Source: Burkholderiales bacterium | GTDB lineage: Bacteria; Pseudomonadota; Gammaproteobacteria; Burkholderiales; Burkholderiaceae_D | DNA: 64,000 bases | NCBI GenBank assembly: GCA_038254545.1 | Contig: JBBSGB010000010.1 | Coordinates: 28,726 to 92,725 of the forward strand | Direction of reading: 5' to 3' | In this document: piece after piece, positions 19,526 to 29,141 of the stretch | How positions within the stretch are numbered: position 1 is the first letter of the stretch | Layout: every line of letters starts with the position of its first letter | Made by a program: the position numbers and the translations under genes | The notes under the pieces: generated by a model | Told to the model about the DNA's origin: nothing | Database searches by the model: none | What the model saw: only the letters and a program-made list of their open reading frames with translations

Positions 19526-20602
19526 TCAGTACAGCGACGCGACCTGTTCATCGACGATGGCCGCCGATGCCGGGACGACCGGCCGCGCACTCTTCATCGC
19601 CGCGACGATCTGCGATGCGACGTCGTGGCGCGAGGCTTCGCATGCACGCCGGATCGCGTAGCCGAAGGCGAAGGCATCGGCCGAGCCGTGGCTCTTGATG
19701 ACCAGGCCGCGCAGCCCGAGCAGGCTGGCGCCGTTGTACCGGCGGTGATCGACGCGCGTCTTGAAACGGTTCAGTACCGGCAGCGCGATTGCGGCTGCGA
19801 GATAGGTGAAGGGATTGCGCGTGAATTCCTCTCGGATGAAACCGCCCAGCATTTGCGCCAGGCCTTCGGAGGTCTTCAAGACGACGTTGCCGACGAACCC
19901 ATCGCAGACCACCACATCGACGCAGCCCATGAAGATGTCGTTGCCTTCGACGTTGCCGTAGAAATTGAGTTGGCCGCGCTCGCTGGCCGCGCGCATTAAT
20001 TCCCCGGCCTCCTTGACGGTGTCGTTGCCCTTGATGACCTCTTCGCCGATATTCAACAAACCCACGCTCGGCCTGTCCTTGCCGTCGATCGCAGCGACCA
20101 GCGCGCTGCCCATGATCGCGAATTGCAGCAGATGTTCGGCCGAGCAATCGACGTTGGCGCCCAGGTCGAGGACCGTGGTTGCGCCGCCGGTCTGGTTCGG
20201 CAACGACGTCGCGATCGCAGGCCGGTCGATGCCTTCGAGCGTCTTCAGCACATAGCGCGAGATCGCCATCAGCGCGCCGGTATTTCCCGCGCTCACGCAG
20301 GCGTCGGCGCGACCTTCCTTGACCAGGTTGATCGCCACGCGCATCGAGGAATCCTTCTTCTTGCGAAGGGCGATCTCGATGGAATCGTCCATCGTCACGA
20401 CTTCGGACGCAGGGACGATTTCGATGCGCGGGTGATCGGCCGCGATTTTTGCGGCGCGTAGCCGCTCGGCAATCGCCACCGGATCGCCGACCAGAAGAAT
20501 GGCGACGTCGGCGTGACGCTCCAGAAATTCGAGCGTGGCAGGGAGGGTGACCGCGAGGCCGTGGTCGCCGCCCATGCTGTCGATCGCGATACGGGCAGGC
20601 AT
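19526..20602 (-). CDS. plsX: Phosphate acyltransferase PlsX
   Basis: [15 protein letters not shown]... is the canonical PlsX N-terminus. I chose ATG 20600-20602. The track start at 20626 is a TTG 8 codons upstream. Confidence 0.93.
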   Translation of the reverse strand: MPARIAIDSMGGDHGLAVTLPATLEFLERHADVAILLVGDPVAIAERLRAAKIAADHPRIEIVPASEVVTMDDSIEIALRKKKDSSMRVAINLVKEGRADACVSAGNTGALMAISRYVLKTLEGIDRPAIATSLPNQTGGATTVLDLGANVDCSAEHLLQFAIMGSALVAAIDGKDRPSVGLLNIGEEVIKGNDTVKEAGELMRAASERGQLNFYGNVEGNDIFMGCVDVVVCDGFVGNVVLKTSEGLAQMLGGFIREEFTRNPFTYLAAAIALPVLNRFKTRVDHRRYNGASLLGLRGLVIKSHGSADAFAFGYAIRRACEASRHDVASQIVAAMKSARPVVPASAAIVDEQVASLY

Positions 20603-20754
20603 CGAGGCGGGTGCTGCAGTAGTCAAATCGTGCGGGAAATCTGCAACACGAAAGGCATGCGGCCGAGATTCAATGAGTAACGAAGCGTGGAAGCCCGGAA
20701 CGTCGTTGCGCTCGTCGAGGGGATGCGCGAGGACGCGCGATCAAGCGCGCGACG

Positions 20755-20937
20755 TCACTCGTCGTTCTTGGTCTTGACGACCTTCTTGCCCCGATAGAAA
20801 CCGGTGGGGCTGATGTGATGACGACGATGCACTTCGCCCGTGGTGGGCTCGACGGCAAGCGGCGGCGAAGTCAGGAAATCGTGCGCACGGTGCATGCCGC
20901 GCTTCGAGGGCGACTTCTTGTTCTGTTGGACAGCCAT
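20755..20937 (-). CDS. rpmF: 50S ribosomal protein L32
   Basis: [22 protein letters not shown]..., 60 aa. Confidence 0.96.
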   Translation of the reverse strand: MAVQQNKKSPSKRGMHRAHDFLTSPPLAVEPTTGEVHRRHHISPTGFYRGKKVVKTKNDE

Positions 20938-21055
20938 AGCAACTCCAGATCCAAAACGGCATAAATTGACAAGCGGCGGATTCTAACACGCGAGCGTGGC
21001 GCGAATCGACTGCATTGCCGTAGGACTGCAAGAGGATTGTTATTGAAACAACGCT

Positions 21056-21586
21056 CTAGCGCGCGCCGCCGTCGGCGCCTTCATTGCTGTCATCGGCTGC
21101 ATCGTCAGTTCGCATGCCGGGCTTTAAGGCGGCCAGCGTAGCGAACGGCGACGCCTTTTTCTCCCCGTAGGGAAGATTCACGCTTTCATCGGGACACGCC
21201 GCGTGCCTGGGCGCGATCGGCAACGCGAGGATGATTTCGTCTTCGATCAGCGCATCGAGATCGAAGTCGGTGGCGCCGACGATCGCATCGTATGCGTCGT
21301 CGTCGAGAGCGCCGGCCTGCGACTCGTCGGGCACGATCAAGAAACGCGAGCGGACCGCGACTGCCTGCGTCATCGGCTGCAGGCAGCGCTGGCAAATCAA
21401 CGGGATCGCCCCTTCGATCTCGAGGTCGAGTCGCGGAAATCCAGGTCGCCCCTCCGCCCCGACCGCCGCTTTCCAGGCCAGTGCGCCGCTGCGATCCGGT
21501 GTGTCGACGCGCTGCATCCTGGCCAGCGGCAGTTCACCGGCGGCCTCGCCACCGAGTCGCGCGAATTCGAAGAGATCGATTTTCAT
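21056..21586 (-). CDS. yceD: YceD/DUF177 family protein (large-subunit rRNA accumulation protein)
   Basis: 176 aa from ATG 21584-21586 (MKIDLFEFARLGG...). It has the CQRCLQPM metal-binding-like motif and the conserved position upstream of rpmF-plsX. Confidence 0.85.
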   Translation of the reverse strand: MKIDLFEFARLGGEAAGELPLARMQRVDTPDRSGALAWKAAVGAEGRPGFPRLDLEIEGAIPLICQRCLQPMTQAVAVRSRFLIVPDESQAGALDDDAYDAIVGATDFDLDALIEDEIILALPIAPRHAACPDESVNLPYGEKKASPFATLAALKPGMRTDDAADDSNEGADGGAR

Positions 21587-21683
21587 GAAGTGCCATTCGA
21601 TTGAGGACGGTTGGCTTCGACCATCGTCGGCTTGCGATAATACGGCGCGCTGCGATCCTTGATGGGATTTTCGCGTTTCCCTC

Positions 21684-22292
21684 ATGCCCCTGTTGCCACG
21701 CCCTCCCCTCATCCTCGCGTCGAGTTCGCGTTATCGGCGCGAGTTGCTGCTGCGCCTGCGCATCCCGTTCGATGCGATCAGACCGGAAGTGGACGAAAGC
21801 GCGCACGACGGCGAATCGGCCGAAGCGACCGCGTTGCGCCTGTCGCGCGCCAAGGCCGAAACGATTGCAGCACAGCGACCCGATGCCGTGGTGATCGGCT
21901 CCGATCAGGTGGCCGAGTCCGAAGGCCATGCGATCGGCAAGCCCGGCACGCACGAAAATGCAGTCGTGCAACTGCGTGCGCTGAGCGGCAAGGTCGCACG
22001 CTTTCACAGCGGCGTCTGCGTGATCGCACCGCAAACCAACAGGGAGCGACAGGCCCAATGTGAGGTCGTGACCACGACGGTCCTGTTTCGCGCATTGGGC
22101 GATGCGGAGATCGACGCCTACCTGAAACTCGAAACCCCTTACGACTGCGCCGGTAGCGCGAAGGCCGAAGCGCTCGGCATCGCGCTGCTCGCGCGGATCG
22201 ACAGCGACGACCCCACCGCGCTGATCGGCCTGCCGCTGATACGCCTCGTGACGATGCTGCGCGCGATCGATTATCCGGTCCTGCCGCGTTGA
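21684..22292 (+). CDS. maf: Maf-like nucleoside-triphosphate pyrophosphatase (YceF type)
   Basis: LILASSSRYRRELL, VIGSDQV and DCAGSAKAEALG blocks are present. It is divergent from yceD, as in many proteobacteria. Confidence 0.88.
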   Translation: MPLLPRPPLILASSSRYRRELLLRLRIPFDAIRPEVDESAHDGESAEATALRLSRAKAETIAAQRPDAVVIGSDQVAESEGHAIGKPGTHENAVVQLRALSGKVARFHSGVCVIAPQTNRERQAQCEVVTTTVLFRALGDAEIDAYLKLETPYDCAGSAKAEALGIALLARIDSDDPTALIGLPLIRLVTMLRAIDYPVLPR

Positions 22293-23011
22293 TGGCCGGC
22301 GTCCTCTACCTGATTCCGAATGCGCTCGGCGCCGGCGCGTTGCAAGCCGTTCTTCCCGCACAGACGTCGGCTATCGCCGCGCGCCTCGATTACTTCGTCG
22401 GCGAAAACGCGAAGTCCACGCGCGCATTTCTCAAGCGCGTCGACGGGGTCGCGCCGTTGGCAAAACCGCTACGCGAAATCGAGATCGTCGAACTGAATGT
22501 AGCGACATCGAGTGAGGCCTTGCCCGTCCTGCTCGCACCGCTCCTGGACGGACGCGATGGCGGCCTGGTTTCCGAAGCAGGCTGTCCCGCAGTCGCCGAC
22601 CCCGGCGCGGGGCTGGTGCGTCTCGCGCATAGTCACGGTATCGAAGTGCGTCCGCTCGTCGGACCGTCGGCGATCCTGCTCGCATTGATGGCCAGCGGAC
22701 TCGACGGACAGCGCTTCGCATTCAACGGCTACCTGCCGACCGATGGTGCGGAACGCGCGCAGGCGATTCGCGATTTCGAGCGGCTGTCGACGCAGCGTCG
22801 CCAAACCCAGATCTTCATCGAGACTCCGTATCGCAATCAGGCGCTGCTGGCCGCCATGCTGGAACACTGCAAGCCATCAACGCTGCTCTGCGTAGCCCGC
22901 GACCTCACGCTCGATTCGCAATCGATCGCCACGAGAAGTATCGAGCGCTGGCGCGGCACGACCATTGATTTGCACAAGCGACCAACGGTTTTCCTGATGC
23001 TTGCGCACTGA
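22292..23011 (+). CDS. SAM-dependent methyltransferase, tetrapyrrole-methylase/RsmI-like fold
   Basis: LYLIPNALG...VSEAGCPAVADPG...GPSAILLALMASGL... resembles RsmI-type 2'-O-methylases. ATG 22292 overlaps the maf TGA by 1 nt (TGATG). Confidence 0.75.
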   Translation: MAGVLYLIPNALGAGALQAVLPAQTSAIAARLDYFVGENAKSTRAFLKRVDGVAPLAKPLREIEIVELNVATSSEALPVLLAPLLDGRDGGLVSEAGCPAVADPGAGLVRLAHSHGIEVRPLVGPSAILLALMASGLDGQRFAFNGYLPTDGAERAQAIRDFERLSTQRRQTQIFIETPYRNQALLAAMLEHCKPSTLLCVARDLTLDSQSIATRSIERWRGTTIDLHKRPTVFLMLAH

Positions 23012-23044
23012 AAAACTTAAGACCGCACGGTGATTGTCGGACGA

Positions 23045-26000
23045 TCAATCGAACGAGAACGTATAGAACACATCCACCGCGCTCTCGGTTCCGGTCTGCA
23101 CCTGCAGGTCCACGCGCTGGTAGATGTTGTAGCGAATCTTGAGCAACGTCGCGGCTTTCGTGAAGCCCTGCTCGAAGGTCACGCGCAGGCGCGACGAGAT
23201 CTGCTTGCCGATGGTCAGGAGGCCGCCCCGATCGCCGCCTAATCCCGACACGCCGATCTCGTCCACGCCGAGCGTCGCAGCGATGCGCGACTGTATTCCG
23301 ACCGAATCGGATGAACCCAGCAAGCTCGCCGCCGCGGTCGTGAGCAAACCGAAGTCCGACTTGCTCGATCCCGACAAGCCGTGGCCCAGCACCAGCCACG
23401 ACAGTTTCTCGGTGTCTGGAACACTTGGGTTCGACGTGAGGCGTGCCTGCGGCGCGAGTGCGGTGCCACTGATCTGCACGCCGGCTTCGACCGCGAGGTT
23501 CTTGCGGACCGCATGGATGTCGAGCGCGGGGTTGTCGATCGGTCCCGAGAATGTCAGGTTGCCGCGGTCTATCGTCAGTCGCTGACCGTAGGCTTCGTAG
23601 GTCCCTTCACGTACCGCGACGGTGCCGATCGCGCGCAGATCGGTGCCCACGCCCGCGATGCGGATCACGCCGCCGAGCTTGCCGTCGAATCCTGAACCCT
23701 TGACCTTGAAGTCGTCGCCCATATCGAACTTCACTTCGAAGCGCACCGGCACGCTCTTGGCAGGCACGTCCTCGTCCGCCTTTTCCCGACCCACGATCAC
23801 GATGTCGTCGGAGAGGATCGGGCCGCGGCGCTCGGCGAGCTGCAGCGATCCGCGGTCGGCCTTGAGGTCCGCGGTCAGTTCGATCCCCGCCGTGCCGAAG
23901 CGTGCCGTGCCCGTTCCCGAGACGACCATGGTGCGATCGGTGCGCGCAATCGCTTCGAACTTGTCGAGCTTGACGGCGAGCGAACCCGACACCTTGCGAT
24001 CGGCCAGGCGCAGGTCACCGTTCGCGTTCAAGTGCCCGTTGCCCGCCGCGAGAGTCGCCTCCTTGAGGATGACGCGATCGCCGTCGAAGTCCATGTCGAG
24101 GTGGCCGTCGCGGAAGTTGATGCCCTGATCGGGCCAGCGCACGCCCACCGCATCGCCACTTGCATGGCCCGCGAGTAGCGGATGCGCGACCGTGCCGTGT
24201 CCGGTCACCGCCACCTGCAATCGACCGTAGAGATCGAGGCCGGGTCGTCCCGACAGGCGCGCGAGCCAGCGCAGATCGGGGATGTCGATGTCGCTCTTCA
24301 ATGCGAGCGGCGCATCGCCGGCCAGACCCCATTGCCCATCGCGCTTCGACAGGCGCGTATCGATCGCCGCTTCGATGCGACCGAGGCCGCGACCCGCAGC
24401 CGAGACCTGCGCGGATACGCGATTGGCGACGATGGTGGCCGACACGTCGATCTTGTCCGGTTCGACGTTGAATCTCGGCTCGGTCAGGAACTGGATGTTG
24501 CCCGACTCGCGAAACAGCTTCACGCTGCCGTCGATGGCGTCGCCGATGCGCAGGTCCCAACGCCCTCCGAACTTGAGCGAGGTCGCGACCTGGCGCGAAA
24601 AATCGCGCGAGAAAGTCCCCACGATCGCGAGCGGAAACCCGGTCGCGCTACCGGCGGTGACGATCTGTCCGTCGCTGTAGGTGAGTCGCTGAAGATCGAC
24701 CTGCCCTTCGTTGAACTTGAGAAGCGTCGCACCGACGTCGATCTCGTCCTTGCTCGCCAGCAAGGTCGCGGGCCTTGCGAGTGCAAACGGCACGCGGCCG
24801 CGACTGGCCAGCTTGTCGATGGTGCCGCGCCACGTACTGTTGCCTTCCAGTCCCCCATGCGCAGTGGTCGCGATGTCGAAGCGATCGCTTTTTGCGGTGA
24901 GCGTCAGCGTGTGCGCATCGCGCGTGCCTTTGACGTGTCCTTCGGCCGATTGGACTGCAGGCGTCGGACCGGGGCCGTCGCGAAATTCGGTCAGCGCGAT
25001 GTCGGCATCGAGAATGCCGCTGGGACCGGCAAGCAGTCGCCCCTGGCCTCTGAGCGTCTTGAGGCTGTAGTAGATCGTTGTCGCTGTCGCGGCCCTGGCG
25101 GCGGCCTTTGTATCAGTCTTGTCGTCGGCGCCTTTGGTTGTCGCCACAGTTGTCGCTGCCGGTGCCGCGGCGGTCTTCGCCACGTTAACCGACGCACTTG
25201 CGATCGACTTGCTGACCCGCAGGCCGTCGCCGGCGATCGTGAAGTCGATCGCGGGTTCGTCGAACGTGCCTCCCAGGAATCCTTGTCCCTTCAAAGAACC
25301 GCTGACGCCCGCGCCCAGGTCCGCAAGTCGTGGCGCATCGACGTTCCATTTCAGGCGATCCTGCGGTCGACCGAAGTCTCCCTGCGCATCGATACGATTC
25401 GCGCCGAACGCGAGAGCGATGTTCGCATTCGCGATCTGGCGAATCGCGACGGCGGGTCCTTCCTTCAGTCGCGCACCAGCCCTGTCCGCGATCGCACCCT
25501 CGACCGTGCCGACCACCGTACCCGCCACGGGCCTCTCCATCACGCGGCTCGGTTCGATGCGAAGGTCGGCGGCCACGCGAAAGACTTGTGGATTGCGCGC
25601 GGTCGCCGGCGCGCCCATCGTGCCCGCAAGCTTGAACGCCGCATTGAGCTCGGCCTTGGGAAAGTCACCGAAGTCGCGCGGGTTCAGATGGGCGACCTCG
25701 CCTTTCAGATCGAAGGGACGGCTCTTCGCGAGATCGACCGTGCCCGATGCCGCGACGCGACTGGCGCCGAGCACCACGCGCGCTTCTGCGATGCGAATCT
25801 CCTGGCCTTCCAACTCGCCGCGCAGCTTCACGCTGCGACCCGCATCGGCAAGCGTGGTGTCGATGTGAATCACGCCCTCGCGACGGCTGATTGCGAGCGG
25901 TCCCGCGAACTTCGACCCGATCAACTTGCCGTGAATCGCGCGCAGGTCGAGCGCGCGAACTACGCCATCGAACGAGGGCGTGCCGCCGTTCGCAAACACA

Positions 26001-27184
26001 TAGCTGCCCTTTCCGCTCACGTGCCCGGCCGCGCCGAGGTCGGCGACGATGCGCGAGAAGACCAGCGACAGCGAACCGCCGGTGAGGTCCGCGTTCAATG
26101 CAGCGACGGGGATGTGATCGCGATCGATGCGGCCGGGCGCGCCATTGACGACGCGCAGCGTTCCCCGGAATGGATAGAGCCCTGCACCTGCGCCAGGCGC
26201 CGGATTCGACAAGGGAGCATCGAGCGGGACGAGGTTCGCATCGACCGCGATGTCGGCTTCGGGCAGATCGGTCTTCCATCGCTTCGGTGAAATGCCTGCG
26301 ACATGCAGCATCGCGTCGGCGATCGGCTGCTCGTGAAACGGCAATACGTGCGCGGTCGCATGGCCCGCGAGCGGCTGGTCTTTCGGATCCGAAAGCGAGA
26401 AGTCCGAGGACAACTGGAGGTCGGCGAGCTTGCCCGCGACGGCGAGCGGCGCGCGATACGGTACATCGAAGGCCTTGCCTTCGGCAAGCAGGCGAGCATC
26501 GATTGCAAACGGCTTGGTCGCCGCGACCGACGCCGTTCCCGAAGCCGTTCCCCACGGGCTCTTCAAGGCCACGCTCTCGACGATCCAGCGCTTGCGTCCG
26601 TTCTCGAAGGCGTAGCGTCCGCGCAGGTCGGCATCGGTCAACGACGTCATCGCTTCCTTCTGCACGATATCGATGGCATCGAGATGCAGCGCAGTGATTC
26701 GCAGCGTGTCGATGCGCATCGCCGCGGGCAGCTCGAGCGTGTCGGGTTCCTTGGTCGGCTCGTCGGACTTGCCGATGATCGCGATGGTGAGCTTCTTTGC
26801 GCGCGCATCGTCGATCGTGAAGCGTCGCGCAAAAGGCTCCAAGGCATAACGCAATGAGCCCTTCTCGATCGTGATCACCTGTGTCTCGGTGCGATACACG
26901 AGGCGGTCGAACGCGACGCGGTCGTAGATCGATCCGGTCACGCCTTCGATGGTCAATTGTCCGTGTAGCGCCTTCTCGGCCTCGACCACGATGCGCTGCA
27001 GGGTTGCCTCGCGCCCGAGCAGCCAAGCGCCGATCGCGATCAGGAGAATCAGCAGACCGAACAGGCCGGCAACCGACCACGCCGCAGCGCGTGCGATGCG
27101 GCGCGCGCGCGAGCGCGGCATCGTGATCGGTACATCCGTCGGCGCATTCGTCCCCTGCTTCGACGGATCGTCGGGTTCGTTCAA
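23045..27184 (-). CDS. tamB: Translocation and assembly module protein TamB (DUF490/AsmA-like)
   Basis: Has an N-terminal anchor helix (AAWSVAGLFGLLILLIAIGAWLLG), a long beta-rich body, and a C-terminal DUF490 block (LTFSGPIDNPALDIHAVRK...LSWLVLGH...TGTESAVDVFYTFSFD). The start is TTG 27182-27184, overlapping the tamA stop, or ATG 27119-27121 (MPRSRARRIARAAAW...). Confidence 0.85.
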   Translation of the reverse strand: MNEPDDPSKQGTNAPTDVPITMPRSRARRIARAAAWSVAGLFGLLILLIAIGAWLLGREATLQRIVVEAEKALHGQLTIEGVTGSIYDRVAFDRLVYRTETQVITIEKGSLRYALEPFARRFTIDDARAKKLTIAIIGKSDEPTKEPDTLELPAAMRIDTLRITALHLDAIDIVQKEAMTSLTDADLRGRYAFENGRKRWIVESVALKSPWGTASGTASVAATKPFAIDARLLAEGKAFDVPYRAPLAVAGKLADLQLSSDFSLSDPKDQPLAGHATAHVLPFHEQPIADAMLHVAGISPKRWKTDLPEADIAVDANLVPLDAPLSNPAPGAGAGLYPFRGTLRVVNGAPGRIDRDHIPVAALNADLTGGSLSLVFSRIVADLGAAGHVSGKGSYVFANGGTPSFDGVVRALDLRAIHGKLIGSKFAGPLAISRREGVIHIDTTLADAGRSVKLRGELEGQEIRIAEARVVLGASRVAASGTVDLAKSRPFDLKGEVAHLNPRDFGDFPKAELNAAFKLAGTMGAPATARNPQVFRVAADLRIEPSRVMERPVAGTVVGTVEGAIADRAGARLKEGPAVAIRQIANANIALAFGANRIDAQGDFGRPQDRLKWNVDAPRLADLGAGVSGSLKGQGFLGGTFDEPAIDFTIAGDGLRVSKSIASASVNVAKTAAAPAATTVATTKGADDKTDTKAAARAATATTIYYSLKTLRGQGRLLAGPSGILDADIALTEFRDGPGPTPAVQSAEGHVKGTRDAHTLTLTAKSDRFDIATTAHGGLEGNSTWRGTIDKLASRGRVPFALARPATLLASKDEIDVGATLLKFNEGQVDLQRLTYSDGQIVTAGSATGFPLAIVGTFSRDFSRQVATSLKFGGRWDLRIGDAIDGSVKLFRESGNIQFLTEPRFNVEPDKIDVSATIVANRVSAQVSAAGRGLGRIEAAIDTRLSKRDGQWGLAGDAPLALKSDIDIPDLRWLARLSGRPGLDLYGRLQVAVTGHGTVAHPLLAGHASGDAVGVRWPDQGINFRDGHLDMDFDGDRVILKEATLAAGNGHLNANGDLRLADRKVSGSLAVKLDKFEAIARTDRTMVVSGTGTARFGTAGIELTADLKADRGSLQLAERRGPILSDDIVIVGREKADEDVPAKSVPVRFEVKFDMGDDFKVKGSGFDGKLGGVIRIAGVGTDLRAIGTVAVREGTYEAYGQRLTIDRGNLTFSGPIDNPALDIHAVRKNLAVEAGVQISGTALAPQARLTSNPSVPDTEKLSWLVLGHGLSGSSKSDFGLLTTAAASLLGSSDSVGIQSRIAATLGVDEIGVSGLGGDRGGLLTIGKQISSRLRVTFEQGFTKAATLLKIRYNIYQRVDLQVQTGTESAVDVFYTFSFD

Positions 27185-29130
27185 AACGACACCCCAAGCG
27201 AGAAATGAACACGCGTCGAACCGTTCTGCACGCCGTGCGCGACGTCGAAATCGAGCGTGCCGACCGGACTGCGCCAGCGTGCGCCGACGCCGTAGCCTAC
27301 GACCGGCTTCAAGTCGGAGAAGCGGTTGCCCGCATTTCCTGCGTCGACGAAAAGCGCGACGCCATAGTTCGGATAGCGCGGCCCGAGCCAGTGAATGCCT
27401 TCGATCGTACCGGTTGCGAGATAGCGTCCGCCGACGATCGCATCGACCTGTTGGACACCGAGACTTTGATATCCATAGCCCCGCACCGAACCATCACCGC
27501 CCGCGCGAAACAGCAGGGCAGACGGCAGGGTCTCGGTGGTCTTGCCCGCGACCACGCCGAGTTCGCCGCGCACGATCAGCGTGTTGTCGGTGCCGATCGG
27601 CTGGTAGCGAATCGCCTTGCCGTAGATGCGGCTGTACGGCTCACCGGTCTTCAACCGAACGCCCGCGCCGACCTGTCCGCTCGCGATGTAGCCGATGGTG
27701 GGCGTGAGCAGGTTGTCGGTACGGCGAAACGTCACGCCGTAGCTCGCACCGAGCGTTTGCGTCGACGTCTGCGGGATGCTGGACACGTCCTTCTGCTCGT
27801 ACAGATAATCGATCGAGGTAAAGCGTTCGGTGGCCTCGGGACCCCAGGCGCGCTTGGCCGAAAGGCCGGCGCCGCGCGTGACTTCGCCCTGCACGTCTTC
27901 GCGCTTGGCGAAGGACGAAATCGAGTACCGACTTCCAGCCTGGGTCGTCGGGAAGATCAGGTCGGCACCCAGCGCCTGTTTCAGACGATCGACCGCGAGC
28001 GTGGTGCGCAGTTGCTTGGCTCCGCCGAGAAAGCCGATGAAGTTGTAGCCCAGCGAAGCGCGCGGTCCCGCGTTGGTCGAGAGGCCGAGACCCACCGACA
28101 ATTGCTTCGACTTGTTTTCCTCGACGACTACGCGCAGAGGCAGCGTGACTTCGCGCGGCAGCGGTGTGGGCGGTGGGATGGACGATGGCGCGGACGATGG
28201 CGCGGACGACGGCGCGGCACTCGGTGCAGCCTCTGCGTTCGACCCGTCCGCGGTCGCGGCGGGTGCGTCCGTGCCGTCGGTCACCGGTTGCACGAACGGC
28301 GAGCGCGGATCGGTGCCGGGGTCGGCGGCGGCTTCGATGCTGACTTCGACGCGCGAGAAATAGCCGCTGTCATTCAGGCGCCGCTGGAAATCGAATATCT
28401 TTTCCTGCGAATAGAGTTCGCCCAGGCCGATCGGATCCAGATTGCGAACCGTCTCGGGTGGGTAGCGCTTCAGGCCGGTGGTCTGCAGTGGCCCAAATCG
28501 CACCGCCGGGCCGCTGGCGATCACCACGATGAGCTTCGCCTTGGAGCTGCGCACATCGACCTCGGCTTCGCTGCGCGTGATGGTCGCGAACGGGTAGGTG
28601 CGGATCAAGAGCCCTTGCAGCAGGCGCCGCTTGTTCGCTTCCCATTCTCCTTGTCGGAAGACGTCGCCCGATTGAAGCGTCCATCGCTCTCGCAGCGCGT
28701 CGACGTCGGGAGGTGTGTTCGTAGGCGCTTCCTTGATCGGACCGACGAATTGAAGGTCGATTGCCCCAACGGTCGTGATGTCGCCGGGTTCGATCCGGTA
28801 GCGCGCGATCCAGCGGTCGCCGCTCTGTTCGAGTTCGGCCGTGACGGTCGGCGCGTAGTAGCCTTCGGTCGCGATCAGGCGTTCGATCTCGTCCTTTCCC
28901 TGATCGAAGAGTCGCCGCAATTGATCGGCATCGATGCGTCCGCGCCGGCCGTCGGCATCGCGCCAGCGAATCAGGCTGAGGTTGCTGTTGACCAGCGACT
29001 TGAGGTTGCCCGGCGCTTCGACCACGACTTCATAGCGCGCTTCCTCGGCGTTCGCGCAATTGGCGGTGCAGAGCAGCGCCACAAACGCGCATGCGACGAG
29101 AGGCGGCGCCCACGCGGAACCCGGTCGCAT
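27181..29130 (-). CDS. tamA: Omp85-family outer-membrane protein TamA
   Basis: Has a signal peptide (MRPGSAWAPPLVACAFVALLCTANCANA), POTRA-like repeats, and a surface-antigen barrel ending in ...VHFSLGVSF (terminal Phe). I chose ATG 29128-29130. TTG 29143-29145 would overlap the upstream stop. Confidence 0.85.
   Translation of the reverse strand: MRPGSAWAPPLVACAFVALLCTANCANAEEARYEVVVEAPGNLKSLVNSNLSLIRWRDADGRRGRIDADQLRRLFDQGKDEIERLIATEGYYAPTVTAELEQSGDRWIARYRIEPGDITTVGAIDLQFVGPIKEAPTNTPPDVDALRERWTLQSGDVFRQGEWEANKRRLLQGLLIRTYPFATITRSEAEVDVRSSKAKLIVVIASGPAVRFGPLQTTGLKRYPPETVRNLDPIGLGELYSQEKIFDFQRRLNDSGYFSRVEVSIEAAADPGTDPRSPFVQPVTDGTDAPAATADGSNAEAAPSAAPSSAPSSAPSSIPPPTPLPREVTLPLRVVVEENKSKQLSVGLGLSTNAGPRASLGYNFIGFLGGAKQLRTTLAVDRLKQALGADLIFPTTQAGSRYSISSFAKREDVQGEVTRGAGLSAKRAWGPEATERFTSIDYLYEQKDVSSIPQTSTQTLGASYGVTFRRTDNLLTPTIGYIASGQVGAGVRLKTGEPYSRIYGKAIRYQPIGTDNTLIVRGELGVVAGKTTETLPSALLFRAGGDGSVRGYGYQSLGVQQVDAIVGGRYLATGTIEGIHWLGPRYPNYGVALFVDAGNAGNRFSDLKPVVGYGVGARWRSPVGTLDFDVAHGVQNGSTRVHFSLGVSF
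28181..28216. repeat. 3 x 12-nt tandem repeat inside tamA (encodes APSSAPSSAPSS)
   Basis: gacgatggcgcg / gacgatggcgcg / gacgacggcgcg on the plus strand. It lies in a Pro/Ala/Ser-rich linker (…APSAAPSSAPSSAPSSIPPPTPLP…). Confidence 0.8.
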
Positions 29131-29141
29131 CGCGCGCGCGA

